46,697 bases of DNA from Gaiellaceae bacterium (lineage in GTDB: Bacteria; Actinomycetota; Thermoleophilia; Gaiellales; Gaiellaceae). Under the pieces are notes generated by a model. That model ran no database searches and was not told the DNA's origin. It was given only the letters and a program-made list of their open reading frames with translations. Shown piece by piece: positions 36,788-45,265 of this stretch; the first letter of the stretch is position 1, and each line of letters begins with the position of its first letter. A program made the position numbers and the translations under genes. The stretch covers positions 1 through 46,697 of the forward strand of contig JAXIPI010000220.1 in assembly GCA_045403015.1 (NCBI GenBank), in the 5' to 3' direction.

Positions 36788-38680
36788 CTAGCCCACGGCT
36801 TCGAACACGTTGTCCTGCACGTCGATGCCTGCGTTCTGCTCGATGATCTCCGCAAGCGTGCGCTTGTAGGTGATCCCGAGCAGGCGCTCGAGTTCCGGCA
36901 GCACCGGATCGTTCAGGTAGAAGAACCGGTCACCGTCACGAAGCGCCTGGAACTGCTGCTTCCACATCGCCAGCTGCAGCTCGCCGAACTCCGATCTGTG
37001 CACGTGGCGCTCGGAGAGCATGCCGACGAATGCGTCGAGCTGGTTGGGGTCTCCGTAGATCGCCTTCAGCCGGGCGGCGAGGGTCGTGCGACGGACGCCG
37101 ACGACAGCCTCGTTCTCGGCCGCCTCGCTCCCGAGCGCAATCGGATCTCCGGCCGCGTCGAAGAGCGCGGTGAAGTCGAGGATGCTCGGGTCGTTGATCG
37201 GGTTGCCGGTGATGTTCGGGTCGTTGGTCGGGAAGCGGTCCGTCGACTCGCCCGTGATCGCCTTGAACGACGGCTTTGCGGGCAGCCCGAATGCGCGACG
37301 GAGGTCGTTGTACAGCGGCATGCCGTGGTCGCGACCCCGCTCGATGTCGACCGCGCCGAGGTCGACGACGCCCTTGAAGCACGCCGGCAGAGTCGGGCCG
37401 TCGAGGCAGCCTTCGTTGCCGGGCACGGGAACCTGGAAGAGCACGCTGCGGAGCTGGTTGTCGATCATCTCGTCGTTCTTGTACTGCGGCTCGCCGCCGA
37501 GGCCGTGGAGCACTGCGCCGACACCGATCTGCCGAAGCAAATCGGGGTTGCCGAAGGCGAGGTTCAGCGGGACGATGAACTCGACCTCGTCGCCGTCGGT
37601 CTCGGCCTCGACCCCTTGGCCCTCGATCGCCTCGAGCTCCTCGGCGGTGTAGTCCGCCGCCTCGCCGATCGCCTCGAGCTCACCGTGGATCATGCTGTGA
37701 GCCCGGTAGCCGACGACCGCGAACTCGTTCCCGAGGCTTGCGTTGACGTTGTCCTTGTACCCCTGGTAGGCGGGAAGCCTGACCCCGAGGGCGGGAAGGA
37801 ACTCGTTGTAGGTGATGTACTGCTGCTCCGCGCCGACGACTCGGCGGGCGATCTGGAACTTGATCTCGTCGGGGATCCAGCTCGGCAGCGCCGAGACGAT
37901 CCGGTTGTGCTCCTGCGCGAAGAGCGTGTGGGTCGACGACAGCGCGATGTTCTCGTTCGCCCGCTTGTCGCCGGCGACGAAGGCCGTCGCGAATGCTCCG
38001 GGGGCCTCGAGCCGGCCCATCAGCGCCATCGGCGGCGCCGCCGCCGCGTTACCGCGAGCATCTGCGCGCGGCAGGAAGCCGTCCTGCAGCAACAGCTTCG
38101 GCCCGTTGTTTCCCATCCGTCCGTCGACCGGCCCCTCGCGCAGCCACTCGAGCCGGTCCGCGGTCCCGCCGTAGACGCTGAAGCCGTCGATGTAACTGGA
38201 GACCGTGTTGATCTGTTGCCGCGCGTTCGTTCCCGTCCCCGTGCCGGGCGCGGCGGGCGTGCGCACGAACGGGATCGAGCCCAGCGTGTTCGTGAAGGAC
38301 TCGATTGGATCGGCGGTGTTGAACGGGATGTTCGCGGTCTCGCCACCCGCTTCCTCACGCAGGCCGAACGTGTGGTCCATGAACTGTCCCCAGACGAAAC
38401 CCCACTGGGTGACGCCGTTCTCCGAGAACAGGTTCTGGTGCACGTCGTTGAAGACGCGGTTGCTGACGTACCGGGTCGACGGGCCGCCGACGGGCTTCGC
38501 AATCCCGTCCGCGTAGTTCGTCCGGGCGACCCGGAGATACTGCGTGTTGGTCTGTCCCCAATCCGGATGGTTGCGGTTGTTCCCGCTTCCGTCGAGGGTT
38601 CTGATCTCGTCGGCTATATCCGCTCCTGCCACCGGAGTGAGCACCAGGAGAGCAGCCAGCAAGAGAACGACCTTGCGCAT
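36788..38680 (-). CDS. Secreted animal-haem-peroxidase-family protein
   Basis: GAGGAGG SD before the ATG at 38680. Signal MRKVVLLLAALLVLTPVAGA. RTLDGSGNNRNHPDWGQTN and WGQFMDHTF are hallmark An_peroxidase motifs. Confidence 0.85.
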   Translation of the reverse strand: MRKVVLLLAALLVLTPVAGADIADEIRTLDGSGNNRNHPDWGQTNTQYLRVARTNYADGIAKPVGGPSTRYVSNRVFNDVHQNLFSENGVTQWGFVWGQFMDHTFGLREEAGGETANIPFNTADPIESFTNTLGSIPFVRTPAAPGTGTGTNARQQINTVSSYIDGFSVYGGTADRLEWLREGPVDGRMGNNGPKLLLQDGFLPRADARGNAAAAPPMALMGRLEAPGAFATAFVAGDKRANENIALSSTHTLFAQEHNRIVSALPSWIPDEIKFQIARRVVGAEQQYITYNEFLPALGVRLPAYQGYKDNVNASLGNEFAVVGYRAHSMIHGELEAIGEAADYTAEELEAIEGQGVEAETDGDEVEFIVPLNLAFGNPDLLRQIGVGAVLHGLGGEPQYKNDEMIDNQLRSVLFQVPVPGNEGCLDGPTLPACFKGVVDLGAVDIERGRDHGMPLYNDLRRAFGLPAKPSFKAITGESTDRFPTNDPNITGNPINDPSILDFTALFDAAGDPIALGSEAAENEAVVGVRRTTLAARLKAIYGDPNQLDAFVGMLSERHVHRSEFGELQLAMWKQQFQALRDGDRFFYLNDPVLPELERLLGITYKRTLAEIIEQNAGIDVQDNVFEAVG

Positions 38681-38812
38681 GTCGATACCTCCTCGGAAGG
38701 ATGGCCGCAGGGGTGTTCCTTGTGGCGCCCGGGTGCAGGGCCCTCGCAATGACTGCCCCGAGCCTTGGGGGCCATTGTCTCGCCCAGCCGTTTGAAGTCA
38801 ACGGCGCTTCAT

Positions 38813-38841
38813 AAGAATTGCCGAAGAATTCACTAAGAATT
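38813..38841. promoter_or_regulatory. Three direct AAGAATT repeats at exact 11-bp spacing (candidate OmpR-family binding site)
   Basis: Copies at 38813, 38824 and 38835 in an AT-rich patch between the regulator stop (38855) and the peroxidase start (38680). A further AAGAATTCA copy lies at 39718, upstream of the regulator gene. Confidence 0.4.
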
Positions 38842-38854
38842 TCCGGGACGAGGT

Positions 38855-39541
38855 TTAACGCTCGCGCAAGACGTATCCAACGCCACGAACAGTGTGAATC
38901 AACCGCGGTTCACCAGCCGCCTCGATTTTCCGGCGCAGATACCCGACATAGACATTCAGCGAGTTCGACGAAGGCCCGAAGTCGAACCCCCACACGTGGC
39001 GCAAGATCTCCGTCCGGTGAATCACCCGCCCCTGGTTCCTGAGCAGCAACTCGAGGAGGCTGAACTCGGTCGGGGTGAGGTCGATCGGCCGGCCCGCTCG
39101 TGCGACTGCCCTCGTTCGCGGGTCGAGCGTCAGGTCCGAGAAGCTGACCGCGTCTCCCACCGTGTCGCTGCGACGCAGGAGGGCACGCACGCGAGCCAGA
39201 AACTCCGCGAGGGCAAAGGGGCGCACGAGGTAGTCGTCGACGCCCGGGTCGAGCTCGGCGACACTGTCGAGGACGCTGTCCCCGGGGCTCAGGACGAGCA
39301 GCGGCAGATCCTTCTCCTTCGCGCGGAGCCGCTTGCAGACGTCAACCGCCGTCTTCTCGCACGGCGGGAGGTCGACGATGATCGCGTCGGGGGAGCCGGT
39401 TCCGACGATGCGCATCGCCTCGGACTCCCCTGCCGCCAGCGCGACGTAATAGCCCGCGATCGAGAGCGCATGGCGAAGCGCCTCCGTGCCGCGCGGGATC
39501 GTCTCCACGACGAGGAGACGGGGCTGAACATCAGTGTTCAC
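38855..39541 (-). CDS. OmpR/PhoB-family response regulator, orphan, with atypical receiver residues
   Basis: Winged-helix C-terminus LTPTEFSLLELLLRNQGRVIHRTEILRHVWG...VYVGYLRRKIE. The receiver has LLVVETIPRG and YLVRPF instead of the usual acidic pair and Lys. Confidence 0.85.
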   Translation of the reverse strand: MNTDVQPRLLVVETIPRGTEALRHALSIAGYYVALAAGESEAMRIVGTGSPDAIIVDLPPCEKTAVDVCKRLRAKEKDLPLLVLSPGDSVLDSVAELDPGVDDYLVRPFALAEFLARVRALLRRSDTVGDAVSFSDLTLDPRTRAVARAGRPIDLTPTEFSLLELLLRNQGRVIHRTEILRHVWGFDFGPSSNSLNVYVGYLRRKIEAAGEPRLIHTVRGVGYVLRER

Positions 39542-39770
39542 GACGCCCTACCGTTCGAATATGTGGGAACGCGAGGAGGACATGACTCGATACTCGGTGC
39601 ATCAGTAGTCGACGCATCGGAGCAATCAGCCGCAGCAATGATCCGTGGCGTGACCATCGCTGAACGCACCCTCGCTAACTGTCTTCCCCGAACGTACCCG
39701 CGCTGGTGAAAGGAGTCAAGAATTCATTGAGCGCGCACAAATCGCCGCCGAATATCCGTCCTCGGATCTG

Positions 39771-40403
39771 TCATCGGCCGCGGGTTGCAGATGAGTGGAC
39801 GAGCGGGACGAGCGGAGTCCAGCCGGAGCTCAGCACCGCAAGAAGCGACGGCGGCGTGATCACGAGCGCTTCGCCCGCGGCGCGTCGCGACCTGCAGTCC
39901 ACATACCCGGCGGGCGTCCAGCTCCAGAGGTCCGCTCCCAGCACGAGCCACGGCTCGCCGTCTTCCACGAGGAAAGCGCCGTCCGGGAGCTCTCCAATTG
40001 ACGCCCGATGGAGACGCCTTTCGCTCGAAGCCGGTTCGAGGCGCTCCGAGTGGAGCTGCGCGTCGATCGCGTCGGCTCCGACCTGGCCTGGGTGCAGCTC
40101 CCGCCAGATGGCAACCAGGCGGTCGTAGTCCTCGCGCCGGCACTCGGCACAGGGGCGATGGCCTGCCGCGAGCGCGGTCACCTCGTCGAGGAAGAAGAGC
40201 TCCGTGTAGCGACCGGGTTGCTGCAGTGGGGCTCTCCGCCGGCCGCGGAACTCGAGCCGGCACGCGATCCAGCGCTTCACAGCGAAGCTGCGACGAATTC
40301 GGCCCTGGGCGTCGTGGAGGCAACCGCGATTGCCGTAGACGAGGCCGCGCGCGGGATCCGTGACCAGCTCGCCGAGCGGCGTGACCCGGTTCTGGAGCGT
40401 CAT
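39771..40403 (-). CDS. Conserved hypothetical protein with Ada-zinc-like ALAAGHRPCAEC motif
   Basis: High-GC3 ORF whose ATG lies 1 nt after the upstream stop. MTLQNRVTPLGELVTDPARGLVYGNRGCLHD looks like a widespread uncharacterised family. Confidence 0.7.
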   Translation of the reverse strand: MTLQNRVTPLGELVTDPARGLVYGNRGCLHDAQGRIRRSFAVKRWIACRLEFRGRRRAPLQQPGRYTELFFLDEVTALAAGHRPCAECRREDYDRLVAIWRELHPGQVGADAIDAQLHSERLEPASSERRLHRASIGELPDGAFLVEDGEPWLVLGADLWSWTPAGYVDCRSRRAAGEALVITPPSLLAVLSSGWTPLVPLVHSSATRGR

Positions 40404-40404
40404 C

Positions 40405-41208
40405 TCAGGCAGCGCGCCGCGCGACGTAGACGAGGAAGTCGTCGTCCGCGGTCGGCTCGGCGTCGTTGTACTGGCCGCGAACGCGGACGTCGTCGAAGCC
40501 GGCGCGCTCCAGCATCAGCACGAGCTCGTCTTTGAAGTAGAGCGTCATGGTGAGCACGTGCTCCTCCTCGGCGACGAGCTCGTCGTCCCGCCACATGAAG
40601 GCCTGCATCTCGAGCGTTGCCTGCTGGGCCAGCGGATCGAAGTCGACGACTCGCGACCGCAGCTCGTACTCGGCGCCGTCCTTCCCGGACCGGCGCTTGC
40701 CGGGCTCCTTTCTCGGCCGGGGCAGCTCGGAGCGCTTCTCCTTCAGCCAGTACTGCCACAGCCCGGCGTCGGCGTACGGAACCTCGTTGTCGAGCAGGAG
40801 CACGCCGCCTGGCTCGAGGTGCTCGTGCAGGCGTCGCAGCGCCTCGAGATCCTGCGGCCTGCTGCTCCCGAGACCGAGCCCGCCGCACACGACGATCGTC
40901 CGGTAGCGCCTGGGCAAGTCGAGCTCGTGCATCGCCTGGGCGTAGAGCGTGGGCGCGAGACCCTCGCGAGCCGCTGCCTCGCGACAGAGCGCGAGCATGT
41001 CCTCGGAGATGTCGCAGCCGTCGACGTCGAGGCCGGCTCGGAGGTACGGAAGCAGCAGGCGCCCGGTGCCGCAGGCGACGTCCAGCGCGGGCTGCCCGGC
41101 CTCGACGTAGCGGCGGAAGTAGTCGATCTCTTCGCCGCCTTGGTTGAACTCGGCCCACCAGCGGGCGACGACGCCGTAGTGCCAGGTCGAGGCGCTCGGT
41201 CTCTCCAT
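40405..41208 (-). CDS. Class I SAM-dependent methyltransferase
   Basis: Motif I LDVACGTGRLLLPYL, post-I DVDGCDISEDML, then GGVLLLD. Start set at MERPSAST (the track ORF start at 41352 would overlap the upstream gene). Confidence 0.8.
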   Translation of the reverse strand: MERPSASTWHYGVVARWWAEFNQGGEEIDYFRRYVEAGQPALDVACGTGRLLLPYLRAGLDVDGCDISEDMLALCREAAAREGLAPTLYAQAMHELDLPRRYRTIVVCGGLGLGSSRPQDLEALRRLHEHLEPGGVLLLDNEVPYADAGLWQYWLKEKRSELPRPRKEPGKRRSGKDGAEYELRSRVVDFDPLAQQATLEMQAFMWRDDELVAEEEHVLTMTLYFKDELVLMLERAGFDDVRVRGQYNDAEPTADDDFLVYVARRAA

Positions 41209-41230
41209 CGACCCGGATTGAAGCAGGCGC

Positions 41231-41752
41231 TCAGACCAGACCTTCGAACGTGTCGCGCAGGTAGGCCTCGCGCGCGGCGGCTCCACGCGGCGAACGGAGG
41301 AAGCGGCTCCACGCCTGTTGCTCGTGCCAGACCGCGCCGAGCTCCCAGACACAAAACGTCGGGCGGTGCGTCCCCTCGAGCGGCCACGGCCGGAAGGAGA
41401 CCTCGCTCTCGCCGTTCTTGGCCCAGACCGTCTCCCAGACCTCGTTGTCGTTGCGCCAGGTCGCGACGATGAGGAAGTAGAAGCTCTCGCCGCAACGGTG
41501 CAGGATCACGAAGCCGAAGCCGCCTCCCAAATCGAGCGATCCCGACTCGGCCGCTGCGCGCAGATTCCCGCGCGCCAGCACCTGGAGATCGCATGGCACC
41601 GGCTCGTTCGCCGGCGCGATGTCGTACCACTTCAGCACCGCGTCGTCGAGTGTGATTGGCGGCGCGGGCCGGATCAGCTTCGAGATGTGCCGGTAGTCGT
41701 CCCGGACTGTGCTCGGGTCGTCGCTCAGGACGGTGCTCAGGGCGGTGCTCAT
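41231..41752 (-). CDS. Hypothetical protein, family not recognised
   Basis: 173-aa ORF with high GC3, ATGA-coupled to the upstream gene. Conserved-looking core GFVILHRCGESFYFLIVATWRNDNEVWETVW. Confidence 0.7.
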   Translation of the reverse strand: MSTALSTVLSDDPSTVRDDYRHISKLIRPAPPITLDDAVLKWYDIAPANEPVPCDLQVLARGNLRAAAESGSLDLGGGFGFVILHRCGESFYFLIVATWRNDNEVWETVWAKNGESEVSFRPWPLEGTHRPTFCVWELGAVWHEQQAWSRFLRSPRGAAAREAYLRDTFEGLV

Positions 41753-42225
41753 GTCGCTCCTCCCGCGGGCGTGAAGTCCATCACCCAGTTCGTCTCCCAG
41801 GTCTCGCCGCCGTCGTCCGAGAAGGCCTGCTCCCAGCGCGGCGTCGAAGTGGTCACACCGGTCCAGATGAAGCGGACACGAACCGGACTGTCCTCGAACG
41901 TGTCGTCTCCGTGAAAGACGCCGGTGTCACCCGAGAACGACCCGAAGAGCGGCGGGTCGAGAACCCCCGGGCGGCGACTGTCAGCCCAGTAGATCGACCA
42001 CTGCCGGGTCGCCGGATCGAAGAATCGGAACGACATGCCGACAAAGCCGCCCTCGTGGTCGGTGCGGAACTCGTCCTCGTTCCCGCAACCCCCGAGGATG
42101 TGCCTGGCGACGCTCGTCGCCTCGAACTCCTCCCATTCGTCCGACCCGGCGAGCCGCTTGCGCAGCCTCCGGTTGTGGACCCTCCACTCTCCCGGCCAGA
42201 AGTCGAAGTCGCTCGCCTCGCTCAT
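41749..42225 (-). CDS. Hypothetical small beta-rich protein, family not confidently recognised
   Basis: 158-aa ORF with high GC3, first gene of the operon. FWPGEWRVHNRRL...FRFFDPATRQWSIYWADS...RWEQAFSDDGGETWETNWVMDF. Confidence 0.7.
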   Translation of the reverse strand: MSEASDFDFWPGEWRVHNRRLRKRLAGSDEWEEFEATSVARHILGGCGNEDEFRTDHEGGFVGMSFRFFDPATRQWSIYWADSRRPGVLDPPLFGSFSGDTGVFHGDDTFEDSPVRVRFIWTGVTTSTPRWEQAFSDDGGETWETNWVMDFTPAGGAT

Positions 42226-42309
42226 CGTTCCTCCCTCTCGTGGGTGCCGTACGAGGCTAGCCGGTAATTAGGGCGGTTCTTGCCCTTTATCCCTGCTTAA
42301 CTCCCGCGC

Positions 42310-43257
42310 ATGGCCTCGCCCACCTCCCGCCTGCTCGAACTGCTGGAGCTCCTGCAGGCGCGGCCGCTGACGACCGGCCGCGAGATCGCCGACCGGCTCG
42401 GGATCGACCCGCGCACCGCACGGCGTTACATCGATGTCCTGCAGGAGCTCGGAATCCCCGTCGAGGGGCAGCGCGGCGTGGGCGGCGGCTACCGGATCCG
42501 GCCGGGATACCGGCTGCCGCCCCTGATGCTCGAGGACGAGGAGGCGGTCGTAGTCGTGCTCGGCCTCCTTGCGACCCGCGGGTCCCGGCCCGACGGCTCG
42601 CCGGATGCCGTCGACGGCGCGCTCGCGAAGATCAACCGGGTGCTGCCTACCACGCTCCGCCGTCAGGTCGAGGCGCTCGAGGAGACGCTCAGCTTCACGA
42701 GGCCGACGGGCGCCGCGCCCGCCGATGCCGCCGCCGTGCTCCTACTCGCGGACTCGATCCGGCGCCGCCGCCGGCTTCACATCGCCTACCGCACGTTCTC
42801 CGGGGAGGAGTCGGAGCGAGAGCTCAGCCCGCACGGCCTCGTCGTCCACTCCGGCCGCTGGTACCTCGCCGCCTACGATCACACGCGCGACGACCTCCGT
42901 ACTTTCCGCGTCGACCGAATGTGGGGCACATCGCTCGCCGAGGCTTCATGCGTAGCGCCGCCGGAGGGATTCGACGCCGTCGCCTACGTGTCCCACTCGC
43001 TCGCCAGCGTCCCCTGGACGTGGGAAGTGGAGGCCCTGCTCGATCTGCCGATCGACGCCGCGGCGCGGCGCATCCCGGCGACGCTCGCCGAGCTCATCGA
43101 CGAGCCGGAGGGCACGCTGCTGCGGATGCGCGTGGACTCGCTCGACTGGATGGCGACCGTCCTCGCAGGTCTCGGCTGCGACTTTACGATCCGCCGCCCC
43201 GACGAGTTGCGCGAGAGCGTGCGCGCGCTCGCGGAGCGGCTCGCGGCGCAGGTCTGA
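42310..43257 (+). CDS. YafY/PafBC-like transcriptional regulator (HTH + WYL + C-terminal extension)
   Basis: HTH RLLELLELLQARPLTTGREIADRLGIDPRTARRYIDVLQELGIPV. WYL core LSPHGLVVHSGRWYLAAYDHTRDDLRTFRVDRM. Confidence 0.9.
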   Translation: MASPTSRLLELLELLQARPLTTGREIADRLGIDPRTARRYIDVLQELGIPVEGQRGVGGGYRIRPGYRLPPLMLEDEEAVVVVLGLLATRGSRPDGSPDAVDGALAKINRVLPTTLRRQVEALEETLSFTRPTGAAPADAAAVLLLADSIRRRRRLHIAYRTFSGEESERELSPHGLVVHSGRWYLAAYDHTRDDLRTFRVDRMWGTSLAEASCVAPPEGFDAVAYVSHSLASVPWTWEVEALLDLPIDAAARRIPATLAELIDEPEGTLLRMRVDSLDWMATVLAGLGCDFTIRRPDELRESVRALAERLAAQV

Positions 43258-43332
43258 CGCCGGACCGCCGAACGCATTCGTCGTTCTGACAGCGCATCTG
43301 TTCTTGGAGCTCCAGTCCGCGTCCCAGCACCG

Positions 43333-43421
43333 GCGGAGTTCGTCGTCACACGCAGGACCCAGGAAGACGACGAACGCCGCGCGGGGGCCAGCCGGGGGTA
43401 GTGGGGAGACCGGCCCCCGCG
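43333..43421. terminator. Two adjacent stem-loops between convergent genes
   Basis: GCGGAGTTCGTCGTC / GACGACGAACGCCGC (15 bp, 1 mismatch; 43333..43380). CGCGGGGGCC / GGCCCCCGCG (10 bp; 43380..43421). Confidence 0.4.
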
Positions 43422-43454
43422 CTCCGGACCTCGAGCCGCCACGAGGCCGGGTCT

Positions 43455-43808
43455 TCATGCCGCGGAAGGATGAGTCGGAGGGACCCGTGTCGACGGGCGC
43501 AGGCGGAGCACCTCACCGAGGACGGGCCCACTCTCGACGTCCTTCTCATCATGACCCGATACCCGCACGTCGCGGGCGCACTCGACGTCCTCCACCGCAG
43601 GAGAGGACGTCAGCATCACCACCCGGACGCCGGGCATGAGAGCCATCACCGCCGCGAGATCCTCCGCGCGGCCCGAAACCCGGCGGGCGACCTCGACCTC
43701 GTCGTCCCGCGCCAACATGTCCGGCGTCTCCGCGTCGAGGCCCTGCTCCAGGACAAGCAGGTCTCGGACGGGATCTGTCCGACGGCGGTTATGAGAGCTT
43801 GGAGTCAC
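43455..43808 (-). CDS. Possible small degenerate receiver-like protein
   Basis: High-GC3 frame. LLVLEQGLDAETPDML..EVEV.....EDLAAVMALMPGVRVVMLTSSPAVEDVECA resembles a NarL-type receiver lacking the acidic pocket and the phospho-Asp segment. Start (GTG 43808) uncertain. Confidence 0.35.
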   Translation of the reverse strand: MTPSSHNRRRTDPVRDLLVLEQGLDAETPDMLARDDEVEVARRVSGRAEDLAAVMALMPGVRVVMLTSSPAVEDVECARDVRVSGHDEKDVESGPVLGEVLRLRPSTRVPPTHPSAA

Positions 43809-43975
43809 GGGCGGCACCTTTCGTCTCGTGTGGTGGCTGCAAGGAAGTCCGGCGAGAGGCGCAAAACTTGCACCGTTCGCCTCAAATCCCCCGTTCGGGG
43901 GAGTACGCATAGGGTCTGCGCACTCACGATTTCGCCTGAGGGCCTGTTGCCGGCGCCCTTCCGAACCGACGAGCA

Positions 43976-45247
43976 ATGGGAGAAGGCTTGGCAGCAGTCA
44001 CGTCCGCCGGTCGCGCCTCAGGCTTCGAGCCATTCGAGCCGGCCGATGACGCCAGCGCCGCCGCGGCTCTCCACGAGCGTCACTCGGGCCGCGTGTTCGG
44101 CTACTGCCTCTCGCGTCTGCGTCGGCGCGAGGACGCTGAGGATGCTGTCCAGACGACGTTTCTCCACGCCGTACGCGGCCTCCGCCGCGGTGTCGTGCCG
44201 GGGACGGAGGTGGCGTGGCTCCTCGGGATCGCCCGCAACGTCTGCCTGTCCCGCTGGGAGTCAGCCGGCCGGCTCAGCCGCCTCGAGTCACCCTGCGATC
44301 CCCACGAGCTCGACCGGCGTAGCAACGCGACAGAAGGCAGCCGCGACGAGCTGATCGGGATCGAGGACGCTCTCCAGGCGCTACCCGACCAGCAGCGCCA
44401 GGCTGTCCTGTTGCGTGATTGGCGCGGCCTTTCGTACGAGGAAGTTGCCGCCCAGCTCGGCGTCAGTCACGCGGCTGTCGAGACGTTGATCTTCCGCGGC
44501 CGCCGCACCCTCGCCGAGCTCTTGCGTGAGGAGCCACGGACGACCCGGCGCCGCCTGCAATCGCTTGGGAGCCTGGGCTCGTTCTTCTCCGCGATCAAGA
44601 CTGCCTTCACGGGCGGCGCGGTCGCGACCAAGGTCGCCATGGCGGCCATTGCTGCAGTCGCCCTGTCAGGTGCAGGTGCGGTCGCCGCCACGTCCGTCCA
44701 CAGCGGGGGGAACCCTCCGGTCCAGGCTCCCGCGGTAACGCCTCCGAGCGCCGTCTCGCCGGCCGCGCCCGAGGTAAAGGCAGGGGGAGCGGAAGGCTCG
44801 ACCTCCCGCACACCCGCTGCAAGGCGCGAGCCCAGGACCCGCTCCGACACGCCCTCAGTCGCCGCGCCCGCGGTGGCTTCGGTCCCGGCAGCCGCGCCGA
44901 CCGCGAGTACTCCAGCCACTGCCGCTCCCGCTGAGGAAACCGCGAATCGGACGCCGTCTTCGTCCGAGCCTCATTCCACTCCGCACACGTCTGTGTTGCC
45001 GGTTGCGCCGGCGGTCACGATTCCTCCGACGGAGCAGCTGGTGCCCGTCGTGACCGGGGTGGTCCAGAACGCCGTCGACCAGCTGCTGCCGAACCTGCCG
45101 GTCGAGGTGCCGTCGGTGCAACTGCCGCCGGTGGTGCTGCCGCCGACCCCCGTGCAGGTGCAGGTGCCCACCGTGCCCGCCGTCGTGCCGGAGCTCCCCG
45201 TAACCGTCACGTTGCCTCCGGTCACACCTCCCAAGCTGCTGCCGTAG
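43976..45247 (+). CDS. ECF-type sigma-70 factor fused to a TM helix and a long Pro/Thr/Val-rich C-terminal extension
   Basis: Region 2 EDAEDAVQTTFLHAVRGL. Region 4 LPDQQRQAVLLRDWRGLSYEEVAAQLGVSHAAVETLIFRGRRTL. TM VATKVAMAAIAAVALSGAGAVAA. About 190 aa of proline-rich tail follow. Confidence 0.85.
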   Translation: MGEGLAAVTSAGRASGFEPFEPADDASAAAALHERHSGRVFGYCLSRLRRREDAEDAVQTTFLHAVRGLRRGVVPGTEVAWLLGIARNVCLSRWESAGRLSRLESPCDPHELDRRSNATEGSRDELIGIEDALQALPDQQRQAVLLRDWRGLSYEEVAAQLGVSHAAVETLIFRGRRTLAELLREEPRTTRRRLQSLGSLGSFFSAIKTAFTGGAVATKVAMAAIAAVALSGAGAVAATSVHSGGNPPVQAPAVTPPSAVSPAAPEVKAGGAEGSTSRTPAARREPRTRSDTPSVAAPAVASVPAAAPTASTPATAAPAEETANRTPSSSEPHSTPHTSVLPVAPAVTIPPTEQLVPVVTGVVQNAVDQLLPNLPVEVPSVQLPPVVLPPTPVQVQVPTVPAVVPELPVTVTLPPVTPPKLLP

Positions 45248-45265
45248 AACGGTACGCTCGCGGGC

